Source of the DNA: the human T2T-CHM13v2.0 reference genome, Homo sapiens
Strand: one strand, 5' to 3'
NCBI RefSeq assembly: GCF_009914755.1
Contig: NC_060941.1
Length of the DNA: 64,000 bases
A program made the position numbers and the translations under genes. Below are positions 20,832 through 64,000 of the stretch, piece after piece; the first letter of the stretch is position 1; the number at the start of each line of letters is the position of its first letter. The notes under the pieces are model-generated. The model made no database searches and was not told the origin of the DNA. It worked only from the letters and a program-made list of their open reading frames with translations.

Positions 20832-21017
<186 letters not shown>

Positions 21018-21483
21018 TGAGTAGCTGGGATTACAGGCACACACCACCATGCCCAGCTACTTTTTTTGTATTTTTAGTAGAGATGGGGTTTCACCATGTT
21101 GGCCAGGATGGTCTCTATCTATTGACCTTGGGATCAGCCCGCCTCGGTGTCCCAAAGTGCTGAAATTACAGACGTGAGCCACCGTGCCCAGCTCTTTTTT
21201 TTTTTTTTTTTTCCGAGATGGACTCTTGCTCTGTCGCCCAGGCTGAAGTGCAGTGGTGTGATCTTGGCTCACTGCAACCTCCACCTCTGGGGTTGAAGCG
21301 ATTCTCCTGCCTCAGCCTTCCCGAGTAGCTGGGATTACAGGCACCTGCCACCACGCCTAGCTAATTTTTGTATTTTTTCAGTGGAGACAGGGTTTTGCCA
21401 TGTTGGCCAGGCTGGTCTTGAACTCCTGACTTCAGGTGATCCACCCACCTCGGCCTCCCAAAGTGCTGGGATTACAAGTGTGA

Positions 21484-21790
<307 letters not shown>

Positions 21791-22734
21791 TAGCTGGGAT
21801 TACAGGCGGGCGCCACCACACCCAGCTGCTTTTTGTATTTTTAGTAGAGACCAGGTTTCACCATGTTGGTCAGGCGGGTCTCAAACTCCCAACCTCAGGT
21901 GATCTGCCCACCTCGGCCTCCCAAAGTGCTGGGATTACAGGTGTGAGTCACTGCGCCCGGTGCAGTTGATTTAAAAAAAAAAAAAAAACTAAATGGGCTG
22001 GGCATGGTGGCTCACGCCTGTAATCCCAGCACTTTGGGAGGCCGAGGTGGGCACACTTGAGGTCGGGAGTTTGAGACCAGCCTGACCAACATGGAGAAAC
22101 CCCATCTCTACTTAAAAAAAAAAATTAATTGCACAGGTAGGAGTAGGACTGGTTTGACAGTATCTTGTGTGAAAAAGGTTCAGGTCTCATGAAACCCAAT
22201 GCAGTCAGAGTTTCATGAAAAGACACACTGTCAGATCCAGAGAAAGAATAGTCTCCCTGCATTTTAAACTGACTGGTTCTGACTGTCCCATATTAAGAAA
22301 GATATTGAGGGCTGAGTGTGGCGGCTCACGCCTATAATCCCAGCACTTTGAGAGGTTGAGGTGGGCAGATCACATGAGGTCAGGAGTTGGAGACAAGCCT
22401 AGCCAACATGGCGAAACCCCATCTCTACTAAAACTACAAAATTTAGCTGGGCACGGTGGCACACACCTGTAATCCGAGCTACTTGAGAGGCTGAGGCACA
22501 AGAATCGCTTGAACCCAAAAAGCGGAGATTGCAGTAAGCCGAGATTGCGCCACTCCAGGCTGGGTGACATAACGAGACACCATCTAAAAAAAAAAACAGG
22601 CCAGGTGTGGTGGCTCACACCTGTAATCCCAGCACTTTGGGAGGTTAAGGCAGGTGGATCGCTTGGGGTCAGGAGTTCGAGACCAGCCTGACCAGCGTGC
22701 TGAAACCTCGTCTCTACTAAAAGTACAAAAATTA

Positions 22735-22893
<159 letters not shown>

Positions 22894-23872
22894 TCAAACA
22901 TTAAAAAGAAAGAAAAATATTGAGGAACTAGAATATGCCTAAATATGAGATCATATTTGAAAAAGATCTCATAACTTTACCAGGTGAGAAAGAATTTGAT
23001 GGAGTTTGGAGATATTATTGATGGGGAAGAGAAGACTAATGTCCTCAAACAGGTATAATAAGGCTGACAATATAAAACTGTCAATGTTCAACTGGTTTGA
23101 TCTATAAAAATAGCATTTTCATTTGGTTCAACCTAATAGAAGAGGATGTAGACTTATTTTTTAATGCTGCAGAGGGCAAACCAGAATCATTGGGTGAAAG
23201 AAGGAAGCAAATGTTACATCAATATAGGAAGGAATTTGTCACAATCGGATGCTCAGAAACAGAATTAAGTACCTTACAAAGATCTAGGTTCTTTGTCTGA
23301 GAGAGCCCAGGCAGAGCTGGGTGACAGTGTGTTGGGGATATTTAAAATATTCTGCATTCAGTGGGAGACTCTCCATGATCCAGCCTGCAATTGCTACCTG
23401 GCCAACTGGACCCCACAGTACAGGGACAACATACCAGACCACTTAGGGCACCCTGGCCATCCCAAGTTCCCAAGTTGTTTTACACTGCTGTGTCTTCATG
23501 CATGTCAATCCCTTTGCCTAGAATATTTATTTATTTATTTTTATATGTTTTTTATTTTTTTTGAGACGGAATCTCGCTGTGTCACTAGGCTGGAGTGCAG
23601 TGGCGCAATCTCGGCTCCCTGCAACCTCTGCCTCCCGGGTTCAAGAGATGCTCCTGCCTTAGCCTCGTGAGTAGCTGGGACTACAGGTGCATGCCACCAC
23701 GCCCCACTAATTTTTGTATTTTTAGTAGAGACGAGGTTTCACCACATTGGCCAGGAGGTCTCGATCTCTTGACCCCGTGATCCGCCCACCTTGGCCTCTC
23801 AAAGTGCTGGGATTACAGGAGTGAGCCACTGCACCTGGCCAAATTTTTATTTTTATTTATTTAATTAATTAA

Positions 23873-24094
<222 letters not shown>

Positions 24095-25200
24095 TGACCT
24101 CGTGATCCGCCCACCTCGGCCTCCCAAAGTGCTGGGATTACAGGCGCGAGCCACCATGCCCAGCCCCTTGGCTAGAATTTTATGCCTCCCTGCAAATTCC
24201 TGCTCATTTCAAGTGTGACTCAACTCCAGTGTGGCCCCACCTGAATTCTCAAAACGGTCTTTCATGCTCTCCTCTGCACCACCTTGTACCTTGTGCTTAC
24301 TTCTGTAGTGGCTGTTATGGTTCTTTTGTTATTTTTGGTGTATTTTTCTCTTTCCTACCAAATATAAGCTGCTTGTGGACCAGAAACATTTCTCTTTCAT
24401 TTTTATATTCCCCAGTGATTTCAGCAATATCTGCTACATGGCAAATACTCAATAAAAAATTCATTAAATGAATGAGGTTCGACATTTTGATTTTATATAT
24501 ATGTAACATCAAAAAGTTATAAATATGAATTTTGAATCAAATATTATTAGTTAATAAAAAATTAATGTCTTTACTATGTGTGATGCACGATTATATTTTC
24601 TATTCTATATTATTCATTTTTTTAAATGTAAGTCATGACCTAGATTCCAAAATTAACTTGGGTTCCCAGCCTTATTCTGAAAAACACTGAACTGTATGGT
24701 CCACAGCAGGGATTTGAATGGAAGGTATCATCATGGAACCCTTTGAGAACCCAATGGAAGCTATGGGCCTTCTTGCCAGAAAGATGCATACGTGTACTAA
24801 AATTGACATTCAATTTCAGGGGCTCCTTGGACCCACCAAACTCCTTCTGAGAATCACAGGTTATGAGAAAGTTCCTTCTAACTCTATGATCCTATTTTTC
24901 TGAGAAGTATTAAAAAGTAGTTGGGCCTGCCTGGACAACCTGGTGAGACCCTGCCTTTACAAAAAATAAAAGATTAGCTGGGCATGGTGGCATGTGCCTG
25001 GGGTTCCAGCTACTTGGGAGGATGAGGCAGGAGAATTGCTTGAGCTCGAGGTCAAGGCTGCAGTGAGACTGTGCTATGATTGTGCCACTGCACTTCAGCC
25101 TGGGAAACAGAGCAAGACCCTGTCTCAAAAAAAACAACAAAAAAAATTAGGTAGCTGGGAGCTGGGCATGGTGGTGAGTACCTGTAGTTCCAGCTACTCA

Positions 25201-25660
<460 letters not shown>

Positions 25661-26127
25661 CTATTAATCATCTATAGGGAGAGCACAAATTTGGAGGGGA
25701 GCTACATAAAGAACAAAGAATGGAAAGAAAATTTTGAGGTGAGACAGGTAGGATAGATACGTACATGTGAAAAATCAAAGAGTGAAGAACAAAAGAAATC
25801 CCGACTAAGGGTTAGGTAGAGGGGAGAGGTGTGGCAATGCTGACTCAGGTTTTCAGGCCTGCAGTATCTGATTTTCTTTTCAGACTATTAGGCTTGGGAT
25901 TGCAGCCCTGTAACGTTCTTCTTCCCTCCCTATGGCTCCCTCTCTCTTCCTCCCCTTTAGGCAGCCCTTATGGAAACTCTGAAACTCTTTCTCTTTTCTT
26001 CCAGATGGGGAGCTCTGGCAGAAAGAATGTTCTGGCCTATGTGCAATGACTGTTTTCTCTGCCAATGGATAAAGCTAAAATCTGCTTTCTTGGAAACCAG
26101 CTAATGTCTTTAGAAGCATGACCCTAG

Positions 26128-26464
<337 letters not shown>

Positions 26465-28519
26465 TGAGACAGAGTCTCTGTTACACAGAGTGCAGTGGCA
26501 CAATCTCGGTTTACTGCAACCTCCAACTCCCAAATTCAAGTGATTCTCATGCTTCAGCTTCCCGAGTAGCTGGAATTACAGGCGTTTGCCACCACGCCTG
26601 GCTAATTTTTGTATTTTTAGTAAAGACAGGGTTTCACCATGTTGGCCAGGCTGGTCTCGAACTCCTGGCCTCAAGCAATCCACCTGCCTTGGCCTCCCAA
26701 AGCCCTGGGATTACAGGTGCGAGCCACCACACCCAGCCCAGATGGGGACCTCTGAATAAAGGGAGGGTAAGAAAATAATTTTCAGCATCTACTGGTACAG
26801 TGACTCATAAAGATATGAGGATCTTGAACAGCAACAAATGATTTAAAAATGGAATATTCTGTCTCTGAGATCTAACCTTAGGATCACATTGGTCTTCTTT
26901 GAATCTAAGAATAACATCTAAAGTGTTTTTGGCAACCTGTCCAGGAGGCAACAAATATATATCTCACGTTTTCTACAGGACAAACTGTGAAAGAGATACA
27001 TGTGAAGCCCAGAAGCATCACAGAATCAGCTTCCTATCCAACCCTCAGGAATTTGACAATTACAAGAACTTTGGTAAAGTCCAGAAAGCCCAGGACATTA
27101 CTGTAGTCCATAAGTAACTAAGCTGAGGGAAAGAATGGAATTTGGGGTGGGGTTAGGAAACCTGAGTTATGTCCCTAGTTAGGCCCCTGATTAACTGTGT
27201 GATAATCACCAGTCACTTCCTGGTTCAGTGTTTCAGTCCCTTCCCCTGCCCAAGTAAAATAAAATAATGATTTTATTCTTTTTTTTGAGAAAGTTAAGCA
27301 TGATTGTTTCTATAGAGAAATCTGGAAAGTAGCCAATCTCTTAGTGTAGCTCTATGGGATGATTTTGGTCATTTTATAAGCAATGTAACCTGTAAACCTC
27401 CTGGTTGTTGTTGGGACCCTCAGAAGGGAATGAGATAAATAGGTAGTCTGCTTTCCTCCCGCGTCTTCTGTCTAGGATGATACTGTTGTGTTGCTAACAG
27501 AGGGCCCTGGAGAGAGATTTAGGAGATAACTGGGTACCACCCAACTAGGTCAGGGAATGAGTCAGGGCTCAAGGACTCGATACCAACCTCTCCCACTCCT
27601 GCCAGGAAACCTCTGGGTGAGACAGATGAGAGAGAAGCCGAGGGGCGGGCCTCACGGCTGCCTGCCCTGGGTCCTCTGGCTTGTGGTTTCACCCTGGTTT
27701 GCCCTGCAGCAGCTGTAACGTGTCTGCTGACACGCAAGCCCTGGACACGGCTGTCCCTCCCCCTTTCCCAAACTTCTGCTCAGTTTCAGAAACAGATGGC
27801 ACATTCCACCCCAGAAGTGACTGTTGGAGAGATGAGAGGAAAAGGGCAGAGCAGAGCTAGGTGGAGATGTGACACTTCAGAAAGCACAGGGCAAAACACC
27901 GTACATGAGACTTTTCATCCAGGAGGCGAGTAGGAAGTAGAAACTAAACTCACCTCCAGAGAAATCAGGATGGGAAAAGGGCAGAACGACATGGCTGGGC
28001 TGTTGCAGATGATAGAACACAGCTGAAGGATAAGGCTGGGGCATGCCCTGCAGCGCTAGCCTGGAAACCTGCAAGCCTTAAGAGCAAAATGACAAAAGGT
28101 CACGTCTCTTGTTTGGAGGTACTCAGTGCCTGCAAATCCATCTTTCTCTCCTCAACATCTCAATTCCCAGTTTATAATAGGCCAGTGCAAAAACGGTTTT
28201 AGGCACCTACAATCTACCGAGTTACCTGTTTCCATATATGATTTTACTTACGTTCACAACCCCTCTATGAGGTAAGTTCTCTGCATTTCAGTGTACCCAT
28301 CTGCGAAATTATCTCCATTCCACAGATGGGTTTGCACTGAAATGCAGATGACTTAAGTAATTGGCTAATAAAGTTTGGAAATAGTGGAGCAAGATCTACA
28401 TCAGTTGCCAGAGCCCCCACGAATTTCATTATGCCAAGTTTTCTTTGATTTGAAGTAATCAAAATGAAGAAAGCAAAATGATGTCCAAATAGTAGAGACT
28501 TCTTAAAAGCTTTTCAAGG

Positions 28520-29132
<613 letters not shown>

Positions 29133-29290
29133 TTATTATTTTTTATTTCAATAGCTTTTGGGGTACAAGTGGTTTTGATTACATGGATGATTTGTATAGT
29201 GGTAAAGTCTGCGATTTTAATACACCAGCCACTCAAGTAGTGTACACTGTACCCAATATGTAGTTTTTTTATCTCTCGCCCACCTCCCAC
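29133..29290 (-). mobile_element. L1PB-type 3' end fragment
   Basis: ttcaatagcttttggggtacaagtggtttt...gtagtgtacactgtacccaat resembles the reverse L1PB 3' UTR. Confidence 0.7.
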
Positions 29291-29465
29291 CGGTAGTGAG
29301 GAATTAATGGAGATCCCTGAATCTCTCAACATAGGTATTTAAACATCCAGGAATTGGGTTTACATAGGCCTCCCTGCAGTCTGAGATCCGGTGCAGCCTT
29401 GGTACCCTCTAGTGGAAGTTTTCTGCATTCGCACAGCTTCCCTGTTTCCAATCCCAAAGAGCTGA

Positions 29466-29888
<423 letters not shown>

Positions 29889-30025
29889 TAGAGAAAATGT
29901 GTGCCAAGCACTTGGTTCACAAGGGACCCCCAAAATGAGTCACTGTCAGTATATAAATGAGCTTAGGACTTTGTACATTATTAATAGGGGCTCAATATAC
30001 ATAACACAGGACTGTAGGCCTTTAG

Positions 30026-30154
<129 letters not shown>

Positions 30155-31538
30155 TGAGTAGCTGGGACTATAGGCACATGCCACCACGCCCAGCTGTATT
30201 TTTAGTAGAGACGGGGTTTCACCATCTTTACCAGGCTGGTCTCAAACTCCTGACCTCGTGATCCACCCGCCTTGGCCTCCCAAAGTGCTGGGATTACAGG
30301 TGTGAGCCACTGTGCCCGGCTGAGACTTTTTTTTTTTAATGGAGAAAATTAGTGATCAGAGAACAAACTGACTTTGGGCAAAGCAATTTGCCAAAGGCCA
30401 AAGGGCAAATCAATGTCGGCAATGGTGGTACTAGAATCCATATCTCCTGTCTCCCAATCCAGAGGTGTTTCCACTCTATCGCACTTCCTTATTTGTTGGT
30501 TGATTGATTTTAGCCATAAATTGGTGTGCATACAAGGACATAAAGGTTGTAGGTATAACAAGGAAATTGTTTCTGCCTTCATCTGCCCACAATCCATACA
30601 TTTTTCATTCTTTCATCCAATGGGCACATTTATAGAGTGCCTATTCTTGCCACACTAGGCATTGCTTTTCAAGTTTGTGGACCCTTTTACAGGGTACTCC
30701 AGCATATGAGAAGAAGTTCCCAGGCTACTGGAACCCCATGCCTACAGCCCTCCAAGGCACTCCTGGAGCTTCTTTCCCAAGTTTCTAGCACTAAATTGTT
30801 AGGTTTATTTCTGTCTCCCTCCCCCTGGAGAGGTAATCCCTGGGAATGGAAGTGGGTTAGAAACAGATTACTCTGATCCAAGGGCTTTGCTCTCTCCTCC
30901 CTAAACATGGTGTGGGAGGTGGGGGATGTGGGGAGTTGAAAATAGCCTGAAATTCCCTTTTAGGATTATTGCTTGATTTAGCTATCTGGGGTGAAAGTGG
31001 AGCAAGAAGAGGTGAGGGATTAATTCTAGACCTAGCTTGAGCAATGGGATGCATGGGCTTCTTTTCTGGCTCAGCCAAGGTGAGCAAGCAACATCTCTTC
31101 CGAAACCTGTCTTTAGAATAAGGAATCTAGGGCAAGGAAGCAGAAAGAGGTAAAGGAAAAGGATTTGTCCCCAGCAGCAGGGGTGAGTGGAAGGATAGAT
31201 GGGAAAGAACAGCAGCTAAGAGAAGAAAGACCTTCAGCACAGGAATAAGGAATGACTTTTGGGCTTGGAAGCTACCTGCATTTCAGTGGTCTTAGCTTCA
31301 ACAAAGGCGAGAACTGCTCTCTAGGGGAAGAGAGCTAACGCTCAGGGCTTCCTGTGGACTTCTTGTTCATCCATCCAACAGGAACTCTCTTGCTTTAGGC
31401 ACGCTGCACTGGGGTGGACTCTGGGGGCAGGGATGTTATCTATGTCCAGCACAAAGAGCAGTTACACTTTCCAGGTTTCTGCTAGGCTCCTTATATCCCT
31501 TTCAGGGCTATGATGGGGCTTGGAAGCAGTAATTATAA

Positions 31539-31859
<321 letters not shown>

Positions 31860-31862
31860 TGA

Positions 31863-32140
<278 letters not shown>

Positions 32141-32148
32141 TAGTCTCA

Positions 32149-32238
<90 letters not shown>

Positions 32239-32370
32239 CTATAGGTGAGGAAAAAAGGTGAAGCTAAGATGTAAACTCAGGCACTATAGCATTCTTAACC
32301 ACTTTCACTATGTGAAAGCCATATACAGTCAACTCGAGTGACAAACAAGCTCTACTAATATTGCTTGCTA

Positions 32371-32673
<303 letters not shown>

Positions 32674-33026
32674 CTAACCAATTAACTAAAGCTCAGTTGA
32701 GAATATTTCTTAGAAAGTCAGGATCCTTGTTTCTTCTACAGCACCTTATTTTGGACAATTCACTTATTTTGCTCTCCATAGTCTCACTTTAGGGAAGGGA
32801 AGTACAATATAAATACATGGCAAGCCTAGTACTTGCTCCAATTCTAGTATCATATTGTTTAGAATTGGGTTCTTCCCAGTTCTCCAGAAGAATTTTCCTG
32901 GTTCAAATCAGCTGTGCTTCTCCTAGAAAGTAGGTCACTACGCAGAATTTCTGAAGTTTCCATCTCTGATGTCATCTGCCACTGGGAGGGGAAAAAATGT
33001 AAGTGTGTGCTCCACTGCTTACATAG

Positions 33027-33266
<240 letters not shown>

Positions 33267-33410
33267 TAGGCTGGTCTCGAACTCCTGGCCTCAAGCAATC
33301 CGCCTGCCTCAGCCTCCAAAAGTGCTGGGATTAGAGGTGTGAGCCACCACACCCAGCCCTCTTCGGGCTCCATTTAGAAATTTCAATACGACAACAAGGG
33401 ATTCCAGTAA

Positions 33411-33662
<252 letters not shown>

Positions 33663-34243
33663 TAGAGATTGGGTTTCCGTGTTAGCCAGGATGGTCTCGA
33701 TCTCCTGACCTCGTGATTCACCCGCCTCGGCCTCCCAAAGTGCTGGGATTACAGGCGTGAGCCACCGCGCCCAGCCTGCCCCATCATATTTCAACTGGAA
33801 TTCTTCACATCTGCTTATTGTATAAATAAATATTGGAGTGTCTACTATGTGCAAGAGTGTTCTTTGCCAAGACTGAGCCCCTAACAATCGATTCCTTCCT
33901 CTACTTGCACAATGAGTTCTCTTCTCTTGCTCCCATCATCGTGACAAGATCTTTTTATCTTGCTTTTTCTGAAATGTGAATTACTAAGATTGTAGGATTA
34001 AGAAATACCCTTTTTGGCTGGGCACGGTGGCTCATGCCTGTAATCCCAGCACTTTAGGAAGATGAGGCAGGTGGATCACCTGAGGTCAGGAGTTCGACAC
34101 CAGCCTGACCAACACGGTGAAACCCCATCTTTACTAAAAATAGAAAAAATTAGCCAGGCTTGGTGGCGGGCACCTGTAATCCCAGCTACTTCGGAGGCTG
34201 AGGTAGGAGAATCACTTGAACCTGGAGGCCGACGTTGCAGTGA

Positions 34244-34598
<355 letters not shown>

Positions 34599-35058
34599 TG
34601 AGCTCCTGACCTCAGGTGATCTGCCTGCCTCAGCCTCCCGAAGTGCTGGGATTACACGCGTGAGCCACTGTGCCTGGCCAGCTCCCAATTTTCCATGAAG
34701 CTGATGAGGTAGGAAGATATGAATTTTCCAAAACAGTAGCTCATCAAACAACAACAAAACTAACTTATAGCTCATCTCTAAGCAATTAAATGATATTGAC
34801 TCCCCTATCATTATTTCATCCAGGCTGATATGGAACAAGTTTGTATTAACTGAGAAACTGATCAGAGGGTGGGCAGAGATGATCTGGGATGTGTTGGCTA
34901 CTGTGTGAGGCTAACATAAAACTCAATGGTGGAGGAAGTAATCTAAGATAAATTATATTAATGTTCTGCATTAATCAATAATCTTGGCCAGGCGCGGTGG
35001 CTCACGCCTGTAATCCCAGAACTCTGGGAGGCCGAGGCAGATGGATCACCTGAGGTCA

Positions 35059-35301
<243 letters not shown>

Positions 35302-35427
35302 TCATCCATGGAGTAAACTTTCCTCACTTTGGTTGGGAATACCAGTAAAAATAATTCATGTTTTGGCCGGGCACGGTGGCTCACCCCTGTAATCCCAGCA
35401 ATTTGAGAGGCCGAGGTGGGCGGATCA

Positions 35428-35643
<216 letters not shown>

Positions 35644-35791
35644 TCAAGAGAAAAAAAAAATCATGTTTTATTTTCTAGGGATTAGAGTAGGTGGACAGGA
35701 GTCTGTTAAATAATCAGATATAGCTTATTTAAATGCTTAATAACATATATTCTATTTTTTTCTTTTTTCTTGTTTCCCTATGCTTCTATAG

Positions 35792-36165
<374 letters not shown>

Positions 36166-36511
36166 TGATTCGCCTGCCTCGGCCTCCCAAAGTGCAGGGA
36201 TTACAGGTGTGAGCCACCGCACCCGGCCTAATTTTTTAATTTTTTTGTAGAGATAGGGTTTTGCCATATTGGGCAGGCTGGTCTTGAACTCCTGGACTCA
36301 AGGGATCTAACCCACTTCCGCCTCTCAAAGTGCTGGGATTACAAGTGTGAGCCACCCCACACGACCCCACATACTCTTCAACACATACATACAGCACTAA
36401 TTTCATGTCACTATTAATGTGTCGTGCTATAGGTTCAATACTGTGGCTGGAACTTGTAGGGAAATACTTACCACATAAGAATGTACGATATAGCTGCGAA
36501 GTCAAGCTTTA

Positions 36512-36874
<363 letters not shown>

Positions 36875-37129
36875 CTACTTCAGCCTGAAATTTCTTGTAT
36901 GTACAGCCTGTAGCTCCTAACTTATTGCAAAATATTGTAGATGAGAACTCTGTAAGCTGTAATTGGCAGAATAATAACCAACGGCTAAGTGTGGAAAGTG
37001 TCTGCCTTTCAGCAACGTTTACACTACTGAATTTACCAGGGTGATCCCAACATCACGAATCCTTTAACAACTTAACATGAAGCAGCACGTAGCAGTTACC
37101 TGCATGGGTTCTGGAATTAGACTGCTTAG

Positions 37130-37724
<595 letters not shown>

Positions 37725-37849
37725 TGATCCACCGGTCTCGGCCTCCCAAAGTGCTGGGATTACAGGCGTGAGCCACCGCGCCCGGCCTCCTTTTCCTTTT
37801 TTAACTAATGGAATAAACGGCAATGTGCCAAGCATACAGCAATGCCCAT

Positions 37850-63501
<25,652 letters not shown>

Positions 63502-64000
63502 TGACAAAAATGACTTCTAGGGTGAAGCCTGGGTGATGAGGCTGCTGGAAGCTTTGAAGTCTCCCATTCCCCTCATGCTATAAAAAGAACTACCTTTGTT
63601 CTCTCCCATCCTGCTCAGGTCTTTTCAGCAGTCTCATCATCAGCAACCATGACTGATGACTGGGCCCTAGCAGGTGGCAGGTATAACATGGCCATGGACA
63701 CTCTTCTTTTTTAAATTTTATGTCTAGCTTCTGAGTCTAGATGAAAGACAGTATGTTTCAGAGAACATTGGATATCAGTTTTTCCCACAGCAGGGACTGT
63801 GAGAGACAACCAGCAGCATCCTCTTTGTAATCACAGGGCAGGGATCAGAGTTTGAAATGAAATGTTGTCAGGGTGTTGGAAAAATTTTGGTGAGTTCTGC
63901 ACATTTCCCCTGGTTCAGGCTGGGCATGGACCAGCCTTCAGATGGCAGAAGTGGAAGATGAGCCTACTTGTGAGCGATGTGACTTTAAGGAAATGAAGAC
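63502..64000 (+). other. MRPL45: MRPL45 3' UTR (probably continues beyond window)
   Basis: Repeat-free sequence after the stop; no canonical AATAAA seen before the window end. Confidence 0.75.

Noticed and set aside
29401-29416. CTCF-like ggtaccctctagtgga
   Set aside because: Mismatch in the core; not distinguishable from chance without ChIP data
63579-63584. TATAAA as the MRPL45 poly(A) signal
   Set aside because: Weak variant; the main signal probably lies beyond the window

Overview
Primate (human-like) genomic DNA, extremely Alu-dense, not microbial. The right 26 kb holds a complete, intact 8-exon MRPL45 gene (mitochondrial ribosomal protein mL45) on the + strand. Its CDS is join(38163..38228,39428..39605,40330..40447,47513..47611,59601..59649,61525..61674,63032..63205,63415..63501) = 921 nt / 306 aa with all GT-AG introns, and it has a CpG-island promoter at ~37.8-38.3 kb. 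The 3' UTR runs off the window. The left 37 kb has no convincing protein-coding gene and is mostly Alu plus old L1/L2/MIR/DNA-transposon fragments. It does carry several canonical minus-strand splice signals, including an exon at 6746..6822 that I recall resembles an alternative 5' exon of NPEPPS. That would fit the NPEPPS-pseudogene/MRPL45 segmental duplication at 17q12 (from memory, needs checking). Nearly all ORFs in the supplied track are Alu translation artefacts. The best observations are: a promoter segment duplicated into a nearby Alu, an Alu-Alu-mediated tandem duplication with a chimeric Alu, an Alu with an inverted 3' end, a young AluYa5, a candidate recursive splice site after exon 4, an in-frame upstream ATG, and convergent Alu pairs around the internal exons. 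I found no clearly new gene system. The list of Alus below is representative, not exhaustive.
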